Positions 49,380 through 62,765 of a stretch of DNA of 64,000 nucleotides are shown here, one piece after another. The translations under genes were made by a program, and so were the position numbers. The notes under the pieces were generated by a model, which was not told where the DNA came from, made no database searches, and worked only from the letters and a program-made list of their open reading frames with translations. Within the stretch, counting starts at the first letter, position 1; every line of letters starts with the position of its first letter. This DNA comes from Selaginella moellendorffii (lineage: Eukaryota > Plantae > Lycopodiophyta): contig NW_003314276.1 of NCBI RefSeq assembly GCF_000143415.4, forward strand, positions 391,906 to 455,905, given 5' to 3'.

Positions 49380-52300
49380 GATACCCATATCCTTGTGTTA
49401 GACCACCGGTATGCCGAAATAGCGCCAGACTTTGTTTGGCTCCGTTTTACATGCTGGTCCTGGCATTGGGATGCTGGTTGCTCTAGGACTGTTCCAAGTC
49501 ACTCCGAGCTTCTGTCCCTTCACTCCCTGGGCTGTACGCTTGGGAGTTGCTTTGTGGTTCGGTTCCGTCACTCCTTGGCTTCACGTGGCACAAAGAGGGT
49601 TTAGGTTCTGCTTCGTGGTGTTATCCTATGGTAAATCACCATAGGATAAAGGGTCAAAACCATGTGCGCTACATTTGGTATCAGAAAATACGTCTCAGCA
49701 AGTACTATCCAATGAGATTGGGCAACTAGTCTCATTGCATATGTAGAGATGAAAATGATGATCCAAGTGGGTATACGTTTGGGTGCAAAGGCTTCAGAAT
49801 GGTTCCTTGGGTATGGATTTGGTTACCTTTTTGTATCGTAATAATATGAGTTTGCTCTTGGGCTCACAAGGAGGATTGAGTTGTTCCGTTTGCATGAGTT
49901 TTTGCTTGGGCTCGTGAGTGGGGCACATTAGCAACTCGAGGTTACACTTTGAGTTGGCAGGATTAATGTTAGCTTATCGGTGGTTCCATGAGTTGTTCCA
50001 TGTACCATTGGTGAAAGTAAACCTTCCTTGGGTTTGATATGAGTGGTAAATAGGCTGGTTCATAGCTATTTAGCACGGCACTAGTGGATCCTTTCTAGCC
50101 ATGATCATAAGTGGATCAATCAAGACTATAGGGATTAGTCTATTGGTTCAAGTAATCATTGCTGTGCTCTCTCATAAACTTTTCTTGGATTGGACTAAAG
50201 GTAGTGCGAAAGCAAGCTTGAGGTTTAGTCAAAGATGAGACTGAAAAGAGAGTTGTTAGGGACGAAGGATCAAACATGTAAATCATTTTCTCTTCTTGAG
50301 AGATGATTTGCAACGAGGTGTAACTCATTACTCGTGTTCACATTATGCAATCAAGAGTCCCTACCTTGATGCATATTGGAAATGATGGTCTTACAAATGG
50401 TGACTGATGGATAGTAGTGAAGCGCTATACCATTTTGTCTAGGCTTACTATTGGAAGACTTGGGTTACAATGCTCAATTCTTTTCTGGGGAACTTTGCTA
50501 TTGCTCCTTGAGTAGCTTGGTGTTAGATTAGTTTTGAGTTTGGTTGGAAAGAGAGTGGCATAAGCTTGACTGTGTTGTGAACAAAAGTTAGTGGTGTTCG
50601 GTGTTGTAAATCTCTATTAGTGGAGTGTGGCATTTATGTTGCATTTTGTCGAATCAAGTTAACACTTGATAGTCACATAAACCTTTGTAGTAGTGACATG
50701 GGCATTGCTCATAGTTTTGCTTGATTGATGATCAAGTCATTGTGGTATTTATATCATATCCATGTGATAATGAGCAATGTGTTTACGAAGTTGCTTGGTT
50801 AAAAGATAATCAACCCCAAAGTGGTTGATGGTGAAGCTAGTCTACTTACATATAGTAGCATTGTAGTAGCTTTGACTGAATTCTCAATGGTAGTCCATTA
50901 TGCTAAGCTTAAGTTAGTACTTTATTTCCTTCAGAGTTTTCCATAAGGTGTTGGAAAAAGGTTGTAGCATTCATTTGTTATAGCTTGTTAGTTGATCCGT
51001 TAGCACTTAGAGTAGATTGTTGGATGGAAAAGGTGTGTAGTTGAGGCATTGACATTGCTAGCACTTGTGTTAGTGGAAGTGGCATTGTTATTTCGAGTGA
51101 TGAGGAATTTTTCTTTAAAGCTTGATTTTCCATGTCATTTTTCTACCTTAGTAGGTAGTTTGTATGATACAACTCGAAAGAGATGCTGACTTTTGAGGCT
51201 AAAGCAATTGAGTTGGATAGAGTCTGGAGTTGGTGTAAAAAAAATGGCCGATGCGCTTTTTTAAGAAAGGTGACCCTTATGCCTTTCTTCTATATCGTTG
51301 TGCTTGGTGGCAAGTTGCACCTTGCATTTCGTTAAGACTCTATGAGAGTAGTGAGCTCTCACTGATCTTGACTTAGTCTTGGTGGTCTTGTGCCTTGGCT
51401 AACAATGGTGATGTTCAACTTAGTTATTTCAGGTTAAGATATTGGTACCCATACTATAGCTTTGTCTAGTAGGTTGAGTACCGATATAAGTCCATCTCAT
51501 GGTCTTCACTTTAGTTTTGACTGAGTGTTGATCATGCATAGTTAGCCTCTTCAAAGCATGCTTAGAGCTATTGGCTAAACAAGTTGGTGAGTTTATTGTG
51601 GTTGAGTTGGATTCGAGTGGTCATTTAGTTCGTGCTTGCCCATAAACCTTTATCTCGTACCTGGGGTATCACGTTCATATTGGACAAGTATATAACTTGA
51701 TAACAAGAGTTGGTATTTGGGTCTTGTGAAGGCAAGTTGAGGAGTGAGTGTTAGTTGCTTTGCGACTAGTGATTACTTATAGACTTAGTCGAGGACTGTT
51801 GACACTTGCTTTGCTCGATGATGATTTAGCAGTGATGGGCTTGCTTTACTAGATGGTGTTGTGGAGGATCGTATCGTTAGACTTATATGAGCTTTTCATG
51901 TTGACATGTCGACTCTACCTCTGTCGATATCATTTGGTTACATCTAGTATGTAGTGTTGGATTTCATTGAGTCTTGGACGTGGTGAATCACTCCTTGATG
52001 ATGTGTTATCTATAATTAAGTGTTATTGGAGGATTGGTCTCAGATATTGAGTAAAGTATCTTCGACTTTGGCTAGCTTGGTTGCTAGAGACTTTTGGGTG
52101 GTGATTCACTCTTACTTTCTTCTAGTTTTGTTCTGGTGTTGATGACATTGAAGTGATGCCTTGTCATTAACATTATTGATATTAAGATTTGAGTGAAATG
52201 AGATGTCTCTCGATAAGATTGATATTGAGTTTCATTAGTCTCAATAAAGATAGTGTTGATGATTTGGTTGTAGCTTTGTGTTATTAGCATTCGCGCATTA

Positions 52301-55300
52301 GCTAATTAGCAACTATGTTGACGTTCAAATGAACCGAGTGGAAAGTTTAAGTTAGTTGTGTTCTAGACGAGATTATTTAGTAAAGGTTGAGCTTTAGCTT
52401 TCCTTGAAAAATGATTTAGTCATGGACTATGCTAACTCTACAAGAGGAAGAATTAGTGATTGATATTGGCATGTTTGAATCTTTGTTGGATTTGAGTTAC
52501 AATATATCGATCATTGATGATTTATCTTGTGCTTGTTATGAAGTGAGTTATGTCTTGCTATAGATGGATTCATGGAGGATCATTTAGTGATCACTTATTG
52601 TGCATGGCTCCATTGTGCTTAGCTTTTGGATTGATGAAAACATGCTCTTCATTAGTTTTGGCATTATGAAGTTTAGCATATGGATGTTTTGAGGAGGATA
52701 TTGTGGGTTGTACCATGATTTTCTTCTTTAGCATTGAAGTTAGTTCATGTGAGATTGTGATCATTGCTAGACATGACTTGGTTATAAGCTTCTTTGAGCT
52801 TTTGGTTCCTTGAGTTTTGCACTCATTGTTCCATTCATTAGAAGTTGATGGGGAAGGCATTTTGGCTCATTAGCTTCGATGTTGAAGTTGGGTTTTGCAT
52901 CTAGCAATCATTGGTGATGATTGACTATCATCTAGGATAGTTGATTATCCTTGTCGAAGGTTTTGCTTGATTATCGTTGATCTAGAATGATTTGCCATTC
53001 TTCAAGATGGTAGATTCTTTCTTCGATGACAATTATGCATTTCTTTATTGATGGGATAGTTGATACTCTTTCATGATGGTTAATTGTTCTCTTTGATAGC
53101 TTAAATACTATATGTTCTTTGTGGTTTGCTCTGGATTGGTCTCTTGGGTTTGAGACATCAGTAGGATGTTGCTGACACTTGCTTAGNNNNNNNNNNNNNN
53201 NNNNNNNNNNNNNNNNNNNNNNNNNNNNNNNNNNNNNNNNNNNNNNNNNNNNNNNNNNNNNNNNNNNNNNNNNNNNNNNNNNNNNNNNNNNNNNNNNNNN
53301 NNNNNNNNNNNNNNNNNNNNNNNNNNNNNNNNNNNNNNNNNNNNNNNNNNNNNNNNNNNNNNNNNNNNNNNNNNNNNNNNNNNNNNNNNNNNNNNNNNNN
53401 NNNNNNNTTCGTAAGTTGTTTAGCATTCTGTCTGCAATCTTTAATAGTTAAACTTTATCATTGAGTTTATTTGATGGTATACGTGCTATTGAATTTTGTT
53501 GGATAGTAAATCCTATGTTTTCCAATGATAGTGATCTTGGTGGTTCCTATACTCAAATACTAGTTTATCGGATGATAACTTACTTAGAATACTTTTGCAT
53601 TCTAATCTAAGCTTTATTCACTGATAATTAAATCTCTAAGATATCATTGTTTATGACTTTGATATAGTCCATATATATTGATCTTTGAGTTTGGGCCAGT
53701 ATAGATAGACTGGCTTCGGCACTTCGTATGCATGGTGAAATCTTTAGTTATGGGGTAGTTACTGTCGACTGGGCACATCACCTGCCTCTCTATCGATGTT
53801 CCTTATTTTGTTAATAAGGCATGATCATGTAAACAACTCTAACTGCCTATTTACAATAGTCTATCTAAACCTTACCGACGGGTTTAGTTTCTTTGCTAAG
53901 GAGGGTTAGTGCCTCTGGCTCCTCTCTCTATGTCCTTGCGGGCAAGGGCGTATCACACTTTTGTAGCTGGGTGACACCCAAAGCAACAAGGGTGGCTGAC
54001 TCCGTTGGTCATTTCCTTGTTGGTGACAGCCGGAAGGTGTTTGAGTTGGTAGCGCATCCACGTTAGACAAAGAGGTTACCCCTACCTCATTTAAGTTGGT
54101 GCATTTCTCACATAGTGTGAGTACTGTGAACTTTTTCTGGAGTTGTTTCCTTAGCGGTATTCTAGACTTGAGTATGCATTGACGAGGACGTCAATCTTCC
54201 CTAAGGGGGGAGAGTGTCGTAAATGTGACTTCAGGTATCAAAAGTTACCTGTCGGCCAGTCTTTACGGACACTCTTTCCTTACTGCCACAATGGCAGGAG
54301 GTCGGTATTGCTGGTTCCCTTTATCAGCCCCTCTTGTTTAAATGTTAATTTACTGGGCTTAGCACATGTATTTAGCCAGATGGACATAAGGTAGGAACTC
54401 CTATGTGTTTCTAGCTGAGCATACTCAACCTGGCTCTTAGTTCTCTTTTACTCTGTCTTGCCCTGGCTTGACAAGAACCCTCGCATATTGAGATTGGTCC
54501 CTCAATATTGCTGGATGATAACTTACCGTATCTGCCAAACACCCTCGCTATCATGCCCTTTGTGTTAGTCTCATTTCGGTCCCAAATGCTATTTATGGAA
54601 AGTGTCTAGATTTGCTCGTTTGGCATATCTACGAAATGTAGAGATTGGCCTGAACACAATGGTGTTCATCCCGTGTCCAAATTCACATTCTAGCGCCATT
54701 CCATATTTATTAAGCTTCAAGCTTGTCCCAGAGACTAACTCCTGATACTAAAGGAGGCTTGGGGCGAAAGCCCAAAGCGTGTGTTCCTCAAGGGCGGGGG
54801 TTCCAAATGTATAGTAGGGATAGTGGGTAGGTCAAACATGGCTGACCAACCTGAGGCATAGTCTAGCTCCCGCTTGCGTGCCTGTCCTTGTTCTGCGTCT
54901 GGCTTGGGTCTAAGCCCAAGCTCCACACCATGCTAGCTAGTGGAGTACCCATATCCTCACGTTAGGCCACCGGTATGCTGAAATAGCGCCAGACTCCGTT
55001 TGCCTCCGTTTTGCATGCTAATCCTGGCATTGGGATGCTGGTTGCTCTAGGACTGTTCCAAGTCGCTTCGGGCTCCTGTCCCTTCGCTCCTTGGGCTATA
55101 TGCTCAAGAGTTGCTCCGTGGTCCGGTTCCATCACTCCTTGGCTCCATACTTGGGAGTTTGGCACCGTTCCTTTGTTCAGTGGCCCAAGGCCCTGAAACT
55201 CGAGTTCCACACCACTGTCCTTTAGACATGTGGCATCTGTCACGTGGCACAAAGAGGGTTTAGATTCCACTTCGTGGTGTTATCCTATAGTAAATCACCA

Positions 55301-55332
55301 TAGTATAAAGGGTCAAAACCACATGTGCTACA
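49380..55332 (+). mobile_element. Family D non-coding LTR element (LARD-like), 5' LTR truncated
   Basis: Partial 5' LTR ends GCTACA at 49673, PBS TGGTATCAGA at 49676, PPT AAGGGGGGAGAG at 54203-54214, 3' LTR 54215-55332. No gag/pol motifs seen inside. Confidence 0.8.
53187..53407. other. Assembly gap (N run)
   Basis: Run of N. Confidence 1.
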
Positions 55333-55830
55333 CATACTTGCATCAATCTAAAAACCAAATATGATAAAGCCAAACTTCATAAGTGATTGTTAAACTAATC
55401 CTATATGAACTTATCTTCCACTATAAGATACATCAATAATCAATATAACTTCAACTTATATCTAACAAGGATCCAACAACTCTAATATTGATCACTAACT
55501 CTTAGTTTTGCAAAGTTAACATAATCCATGACTAAATCATTTTTCAAAGAAAAGCCAAAGCCAAATCTTTACTAAACAATCTAGTCTAAAACAAAACTAA
55601 CTTAACTTGTCACTCAACTTGTTTAAACACTAATACAATTGCTAACTAGCAAATGTGCAAATACTAACAATACAAAAGTATAGCAAAATCATCAATATCA
55701 TAATCATTAAGATTATGAAAGAAAATATCCCAATGAGGTTCAATTGACCACCAACTATCTGAATCACCATAGATGGAAAATTAAACTTCCTTAGTAAACC
55801 TATAAAATATTTAATCTCAACTTTAACAAT
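55333..55830 (-). mobile_element. Inverted decayed family D internal fragment
   Basis: Reverse-complement similarity to about 52300-52560 and 42050-42480. Confidence 0.55.
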
Positions 55831-58800
55831 AGAGATAAACAAAGTCCAGTGTTATTTCAGCATACTAGAGGCCTAATATGAGTATATGGATATTCCACCA
55901 ACTATATAGAGTTTGGGCTTGGACCTAAAGCAAACACAGAAAAGGATAGACACACCAATAGAGAGTTAGATAATGTATTTTCATATACCCAAACAAGGGA
56001 AGAAGGTTCTTGGAAACAAGCTGAATGATAGTCTAAGCTGGCATTGATGGTGAGAAGCAGGCCAAAGAGAAAACTGTTAAAGGTTTTCAACTATTGTTTG
56101 AAGAAGGAATGTCCAATAGAGTTCTAACAGCATCTCTAGCATCAACAGCACCACAGACTCACAGCAGCATAGTTAGGTGTAGGTACAGCTGGGGTAGAGG
56201 CTTTTATAAAGCCCTATGGAACTACAATGTTCATAAAAGGCCCTAAACCCTGTGTGAATGTTGTGAGATATCCTTAGTAAGGGTCCTAGTGACTCCTTAT
56301 GTGGTGCTAGAGTCAGAAAAGTGGCTAGAAAAATTTCTACCTTGATTCTTGACTCTGTGGTTGCAAAGATATCATGGCTGATTCTCCAGTTCTTTTTTAG
56401 GCCAAGGAACTTTGGAATATGCATGGTGATGCTAGACAAGTCCAATATGGAATAGTCCAATCCATATAGAAGAAGTCTGTCATATTGCATTATACACTCA
56501 AATATCCATCCCAAGATAGAGTCTGAGATGATGGTGGTAGTCCCTTATAAGGAAGTCAAATGTCAAACCCATGCCATCAATGGAGATCTTAACACTTGCA
56601 AATGCAAGCCAGAATCACAGTATAATTAGTAAATCTTTTGAACAACCATGTTGCCAGCCACTTCCAAGCCACTGGAGTATGCCAACAAGGGAGATGATGT
56701 TGCTTTGAAAATGAGAGCTGAGCATTGTTTATGCCTTTGAGGAAGAGTGTCTTATCTGAATGTTACTACAAAGAATGAGATCAAGAGTTTTTTGAGTGTT
56801 TAAACCAGGAATGCTTCTTAAAAGCTTGCCAACTAAGCTCACTGAGCATGATCTAGATAAAGTGCAGAAATTTGAGTGAGAATGTCCTCCAGGACCTGAG
56901 AGACTGTGGAGGCTGGCTGGAAGATCCCACTCTGAAAGCTTAGAGCTGGTCTAGTAGCTAGATTTGAAGCTATACCCAAGGATGTGGTGTTAGATTGTGG
57001 GTATGATTCTAGGAATATTCCCAGATATACTTAGAGATTAATCCATTAGGTTCATTATTGAGATTGATAATATGACACATTTTTCAGTGGCATTTTTCAG
57101 GATTCTCTTGCAACAGATGGTGACCACAGTGGCATGTCTCACTTTTTAGCAAAGGCATCATTTGGAGTATTAAGTTCTAGAACAAAAATAAAAGGATCCA
57201 TATCAATTTCAAGCTAAGTATTTCTACTTAAGTCTTTTATTTGATCTAGATCTTTTTATTTCTTTTCAATTCCTATTATTGTTGAATTGGATCAGGCTTT
57301 TGGCTTTTTATCTTTCATGAATCCTAGATTTGATAGATCTAGAATTTTGACAATCAGAATTCTATTTCTTGTTTTGTGTGAGGTATGCAATTATTTTTTT
57401 CTTAGAGTCCAGTCAAGAGCTTAGACATTTACAAGTTATTGGCAAAGAAGCATGATGATGGTTGCCATGGTTGATCTAGCCATGTTTTCACTTCCATAGT
57501 AAGGAGATATTAGGCTTGAAGAGGATTTTTAACCACCTTTAAAGCAAGTTGAAAATCATGGATCTTATGCACTTGGCTTGTGGGCATTTGATGTAGTAGA
57601 CAAGTTTTCTCTTACAAAACCTTTTCTACCAATGCTTTTCCAATTAAATCTTCATGGTGACTCCTCTTCTTCACCCACTGCTCAAGATAGTGGATGTGTT
57701 ACATGTGAGTTTTGGGCTGCCAAAAGCAAGCATGTTACAAAGTGGTGATTTTGAGAAGTAACCATTTTCTTGCTGTCTCAATATTGAGCAGAACCTTCTT
57801 CTAGTCATTCTCAGCTCCAGGATTGGGTCATTCACGTCAGTACCAACTAGTTCTGAGATTTCTTCTATCATAATAATGAAGGCAATGGAGGTGATTTGTG
57901 CACACTTTTGTTAATAGAGGCAGTAGTGCCCTTTTAGGAATAAGATAGAATATGCTCCTTAAGGCATTCTGGTATTGGGAGCTCTTTCTTCTTTTTTCTT
58001 TTTATTTATCATTTGTTTTTCTCTCATTTTTTCTCTATTTTTCTCACCTTTATTTCTATATTTCTTTATTCATGTCATGCAGCTATGAGTGCTCTTTAAT
58101 CACTGAACAAGCTATAAGATTTAAGTTTCTAGATAATTCTCAGAATTTTTAATTTTCCCTCTTCACCATCTTTATCAATGCCTTAAAAAAAAAAGAGTGT
58201 CCCAAAGAAGAAATCTCCAACAAAGATAACTGTATGTCCCACAAATGCTAATCTAGCTAAAGAAAGTGGGAAAGGACACTAAAACTTTTGTGGGTATCTC
58301 AAAAAATATGTGGACACATACAAATCAGATGAAGAATGTGGAGATAAAGTGAAAAAACCAAAAGACATGGATTAAACATTCACAAATACCTTTGGCAAAT
58401 ATGTTTTAACAAATATCTCTTAACTCTGGCTACAAAATTGGACACAAATAGACACATTGGAAAGTTTAGACTTAGATAAAGAGAAGAAGACCAACATGAA
58501 GAGCCATGACACTCATACAAAGAAATGGAAAGAAAGGCAATTTCCATTGGCCTTGTTATTGAGGAAGTCAAGGCCTTCAAATTGCTAACCCAAATAAAGA
58601 AGAGTTGCATTTCCATTGCCAATCAGAAGGCCATGGCTTCCTCTTTCTAATGATGTAAAATCAACTTCATCTCTCATGAAATGCACAAATCCTCATAAGA
58701 AGGCTAGACTAGACTGAAATTGCTAGATTCACCAATTTTTGGGGCATTCTAAAGCCCTAATGATAGATCCACCTCCCTCTCATATGTAATCTTTATATGT

Positions 58801-59189
58801 AACCTTAAAATTTTAGGGGTGCAGTGGACACATCAAACCCTACCCTAATAGACGCTTCACATGTGACCATCACAGTTAAATTGTGACAGCCACATCAGCA
58901 ATTTGAAGTGACGTTGCCCTAGTACATGTCACTATCACCATCATTTTTTTAACGGTGGCATTGTGACGGTGAAACCAATTTGAATGTTTTTCAAAACCGG
59001 CCCAGCCGGTTGACCACCATCAAACCTGAAAAAGCATGTTAAAATGCTGATGTGACAGTTATTTCTTCCTGCCACTATTGCTGACATGTCAATTCTTGGT
59101 TTTATGGTCTTGAGCGGAATGGGAGAGTAGCAGCTGAATGATTTGGAGATTATGTTCTCCACTCAATGTTAGCAAGAGGTTCTGTATGA

Positions 59190-60115
59190 TGGTTCTCAAT
59201 TCAGCAAGGGGAATTTTACTGCTCCCACTCCACCGAAGCCTCCGAAACCAGCTGGAAATCGGGGGCATTGGTCTTTGAATGAATTGTTGGTTTTGAATGA
59301 AGAAAAGAAGCATGATTTCTTCTTACAGCAGCGAGGCAGCATTCAAAAGAGGCACAAGACTGCAAGTGTTCGTTGGCAGCAAGTCTCTAAGTAAGTTTGG
59401 ATTTTTCATGTTCAATAAGTTTGGAGCTACTATTTGACACATGATGTCAACCATTTGCCTAGGCAATGTCAATCTCATTGGGAGTATATCTACAAAGAGT
59501 TCAACAAAATCAAATCATATGAATATCATGTTCCTACTAGCAGAAGCAGTTACTAGAACATGACAACGGAGCAATGTCGTAAAGCATTTGCCACCAAAGT
59601 TCAATGATCAACTCTACGCAATGATGGACAAGTTGCTTCAGGACCGTCGAACTGTGAATTCACAGGGACAGACTTAGGAATCAATGTCTTCACCACCTAC
59701 ATCCCAATGATCACCATTACCGACACCATGAGCTTCATGACAACAATCACCATCATCTCCATATGGAGAATCAAAACCTGAAGGTATGTTTTGTAGTTTT
59801 TGTTCATAATCATTTTTGGCAATGATAGGAAATAACAACGATCCTGAAAAACGTAGTTCAGGCCGGCTGAGGAAGAAGTCCCACACACAACTTGCAGAAC
59901 AACTTGCAGGAGCGTTGCATGACAACAATGTGAGGCTCATTGATACAATGGAAGATAGACAGAAGGAAATTTGTTGTCATAATCTGAAGAAGGAAGAATT
60001 CATGGAGTGTATTCTGTCTATGGATAGCCAGATGGTGAAGAGTGTGGATCAAGTAGCTCAAGCCTTGTTTGTGATTGCTGATTCTTTGGTAAGTAAATTC
60101 ATTTCTTATTCATGA
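59190..60115 (+). pseudogene. Harbinger Myb/SANT-like (trihelix) DNA-binding protein
   Basis: GHWSLNELLVL...VRWQQVS, intron, QCQSHWEYIYKEFNKIKSYE...SY*NM; helical C-terminal ORF 59816-60115. Confidence 0.75.
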
Positions 60116-60394
60116 ACTTCACTTTTGTAGTTTACAGCGTTTCTGATTACTATCTCCGAAGCAACAAGAGAGATGATGAACTGATGAAGATGTGATGATT
60201 TACCTGATCGACAATTCTAGGCCTAGCATTCCCACCTTGCGTTGCTGCTGCCAGTATCCTTGGATCGATTCCATCGATTTAGAAAGAGAATTCTTGTTGG
60301 AAGGACATGAGCGTTTGCATAAAGCTGTTTGTATCAGTCGTCTGGCATGGATCAGAGCTAGATTGAAAGGATAGAAAGAACTTTACAAGAGTAA

Positions 60395-60632
60395 GTACCC
60401 ACTGCAAAATGACAATCTTTGCCTATGGTTGATTGAGTCCCCTCTCAGCGACCACTGCTCGGGTATCGCCTATAAGCTTGGCTGTGCTATGGGGATCCGA
60501 GATGAGATTTTTCCCAAGGAACAAAGAGAAGAAAATACATACCAGAAGTAAAGATTGCTTGTGTTATCTTTGACCACCCTGGTACTTGCGATCTTCTGGA
60601 CAACGTCCAGGCCTTCTACCACCCCGCCTACC
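60395..60632 (-). pseudogene. Captured C-terminal fragment of a chloroplast cyclophilin (CYP28-like PPIase), with intron
   Basis: VVGGVVEGLDVVQKIASTRVVKDNTSNLYF, intron, TAKLIGDTRAVVAERGLNQP*AKIVI matches my recollection of the plant CYP28 C-terminus. Confidence 0.7.
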
Positions 60633-61823
60633 ACCGCAGGGTAAAATAAGCTGGCAAGTTCCAAAGCTTCACGAATTCAGCATAACTTGCTTGAGAACAA
60701 AGAGCAAGAACCGCCGATTGTGACTGACAGTATCCTGAAATTGATATGCTTGAGTTGGTCTTTCTTAGCAAAACCCAAGCTTCTACTACCGATAGAAACT
60801 TCAGGCTTGACTTGTAATTTGCCAAAAACTCTGCTGGTTTCCCAGGTGAAAGTGCACCAGGCTTGCCTGCCACTATTGCTGAGCGCACTTCTTTAAGAAT
60901 GGAGTTTCCAAGAACATCAAACACATTAAGTCCAGAGTTTTCTGAAAAGAAACGAGACCACAAGAAAACGAGCAAAATAAGAAAAAGGCATTTGGAAAGC
61001 TTACCAGACACTACGATATCCAACATGAACTTACAATCTCGAGTAATATGCACCTCAGCCTGTTTATAGTCTTCCTCCAGCTTGTCTGCAGCTCCTCCAC
61101 CCACCAAGTCTTTGGAAGAATTCCCAGGAAAAAGCCTGGAGATAAAAGGTGCCACAATTATGATATGAAAAGCCTCTTCAGCTCCAGCAGTGTTGTCAAT
61201 AGCCACATAAGCACGTAGACAATGGTAGAGAACCTTCTCGTCACTTCACCTGGATGCAGAACTTTAGACTATTCATCTCACTCATAATTCGCTCCAACAA
61301 TCGACTCTGCGGGTCATCACCACTGTTGTTGTCGACCGGATCCAGAGATCCTTCACTGCCACTCACTAGATTTCCATTGGAAATTCTATTTTCCTTGAGC
61401 TCCAGCAAGAGCTTCTCGATCTGCAAGAAAGCTAGGAATTGAAATAAAAGGACTCGCTCCACTCAATCTTACCTTGGAAACCACATGAGAGGTGTCGAGC
61501 AGCAACTTGAGAATCTCCTGCGATGCAAAGGCCTCGGATCTCTGCTTGAACGCGTCCTGGAGCACGAGCAGCACTCCATCAACACCATTGCGCACGGTGA
61601 CAAGCTTACCTCGCAGCTCTTGCAATGGCGTGCACATCCGGAGCACAGCACCATCCACATCCACAAGCTGCATGCTGAGGCTCACGAAATCTTTGTAATC
61701 CTTGTTGATGAGCTCGATGAGCTCGTTCTTGAGTGCTGCAAGGTGACTGCGCAGCTCGCCGTGCAGTGCCTTGAGCGGCATGAAGCTGCACAGGCTGGAA
61801 ATGTGGGTGTCACAGTCGAAACC
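60632..61823 (-). pseudogene. COG2: Captured N-terminal fragment of conserved oligomeric Golgi complex subunit 2, with short introns
   Basis: LRSHLAALKNELIELINKDYKDFVSLS.QLVDVDGAVLRM...LLLDTSHVVSK (52-bp intron 61421-61472) IEKLL...LLERI.SEMN...HCLRAYVAIDNT...KPGALSPGKPAEFLANYKSSL...WNLPAYFTLR. Confidence 0.88.
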
Positions 61824-61929
61824 CTGAAAAATAAAACTTGAGTTTCTGTGTTAAATAGAGCGCACTAAAATAAACAAATTCATGAGCTTCAAGTGGATTT
61901 GTTTAAGTCTATTACATAAGTAGTGAGAA

Positions 61930-62765
61930 TTTTTCTAAGCTCCATAGCAGCAACCTTTAAGCAATTTGAAACTTCTCTCACATGCCATCCTCAAAGACAA
62001 CAAGTAAAAGTTAAATGCTTCCCTCAATTCAGTTCCATTTGCACCTGGAAACAGTATAACCAACCATGGAAGTTTGTAGTATCCTGAGTCTCCAATGATG
62101 TACTCCCAAAACTAATATTGGCCTCTTGAGACTGCTGGTCCGTTAAGAATCTCACCTGATTGAGCTCTTCTGTAGAATGAACTCTTCCTCAAAATGGTTA
62201 TGTCATTGTAACTCGCAGGATCTCCAACTCGAATTTCCAGGAACCTTGCTTCATTATCCACGATTGCTTGCATGACAATTGAGTAATCCTTGTCCTTGTT
62301 GTAATAATCACTTGTAAAAGCATTTCCAGGAAGCTCAACTTTGAAATGCGTGCAGTCAATTGCATCATAGCAATTCGGGAAGCCACAAAGACTCTTGAAA
62401 CCTGTTTTTACTGTTCACAGATCTGCTGGCCACACAAAAAAATTGTCCTAGATGCTAGAATGTTGTGTCAGAGAACTTCTGACAATACTTCCAGACAGTT
62501 GCTTTAGAAACACCAAAATGCTCTGCCAAACTAGCAAAAGAATCACCTGAAGCTAATCTCCATAAAGCAATGGCAACTTGCTTACCAATAGGAATATCTC
62601 TAGATAGAATGTTTTTCTGCATTGACGGAGCAACAAGTTCGCAGATTGTCATAAACTGCTCCTCGGAAACTCTGAAGAACTCTCTCCACCTTGTTGGATC
62701 TTGCATTCCAACCTTGTCCACCCAATGACGGAACCAATGAAGAGACCTTGGTCTGATATAGAAAT
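61930..62765 (-). pseudogene. Harbinger (HARBI1/ALP1-like, DDE_Tnp_4) transposase, decayed
   Basis: WREFFRVSEEQF...KQVAIALWRLASGDSFASLAEHFGVSKATV, GFPNC.DAIDCTH, YSIVMQAIVD, IIGDSGY, FN...R...ERSF.LLKG. Confidence 0.88.

Noticed and set aside
60628-61823. COG2 as a functional host gene
   Set aside because: Only an N-terminal part is present, with a frame break near 61245, fused to an unrelated cyclophilin fragment and enclosed by Harbinger TIRs.
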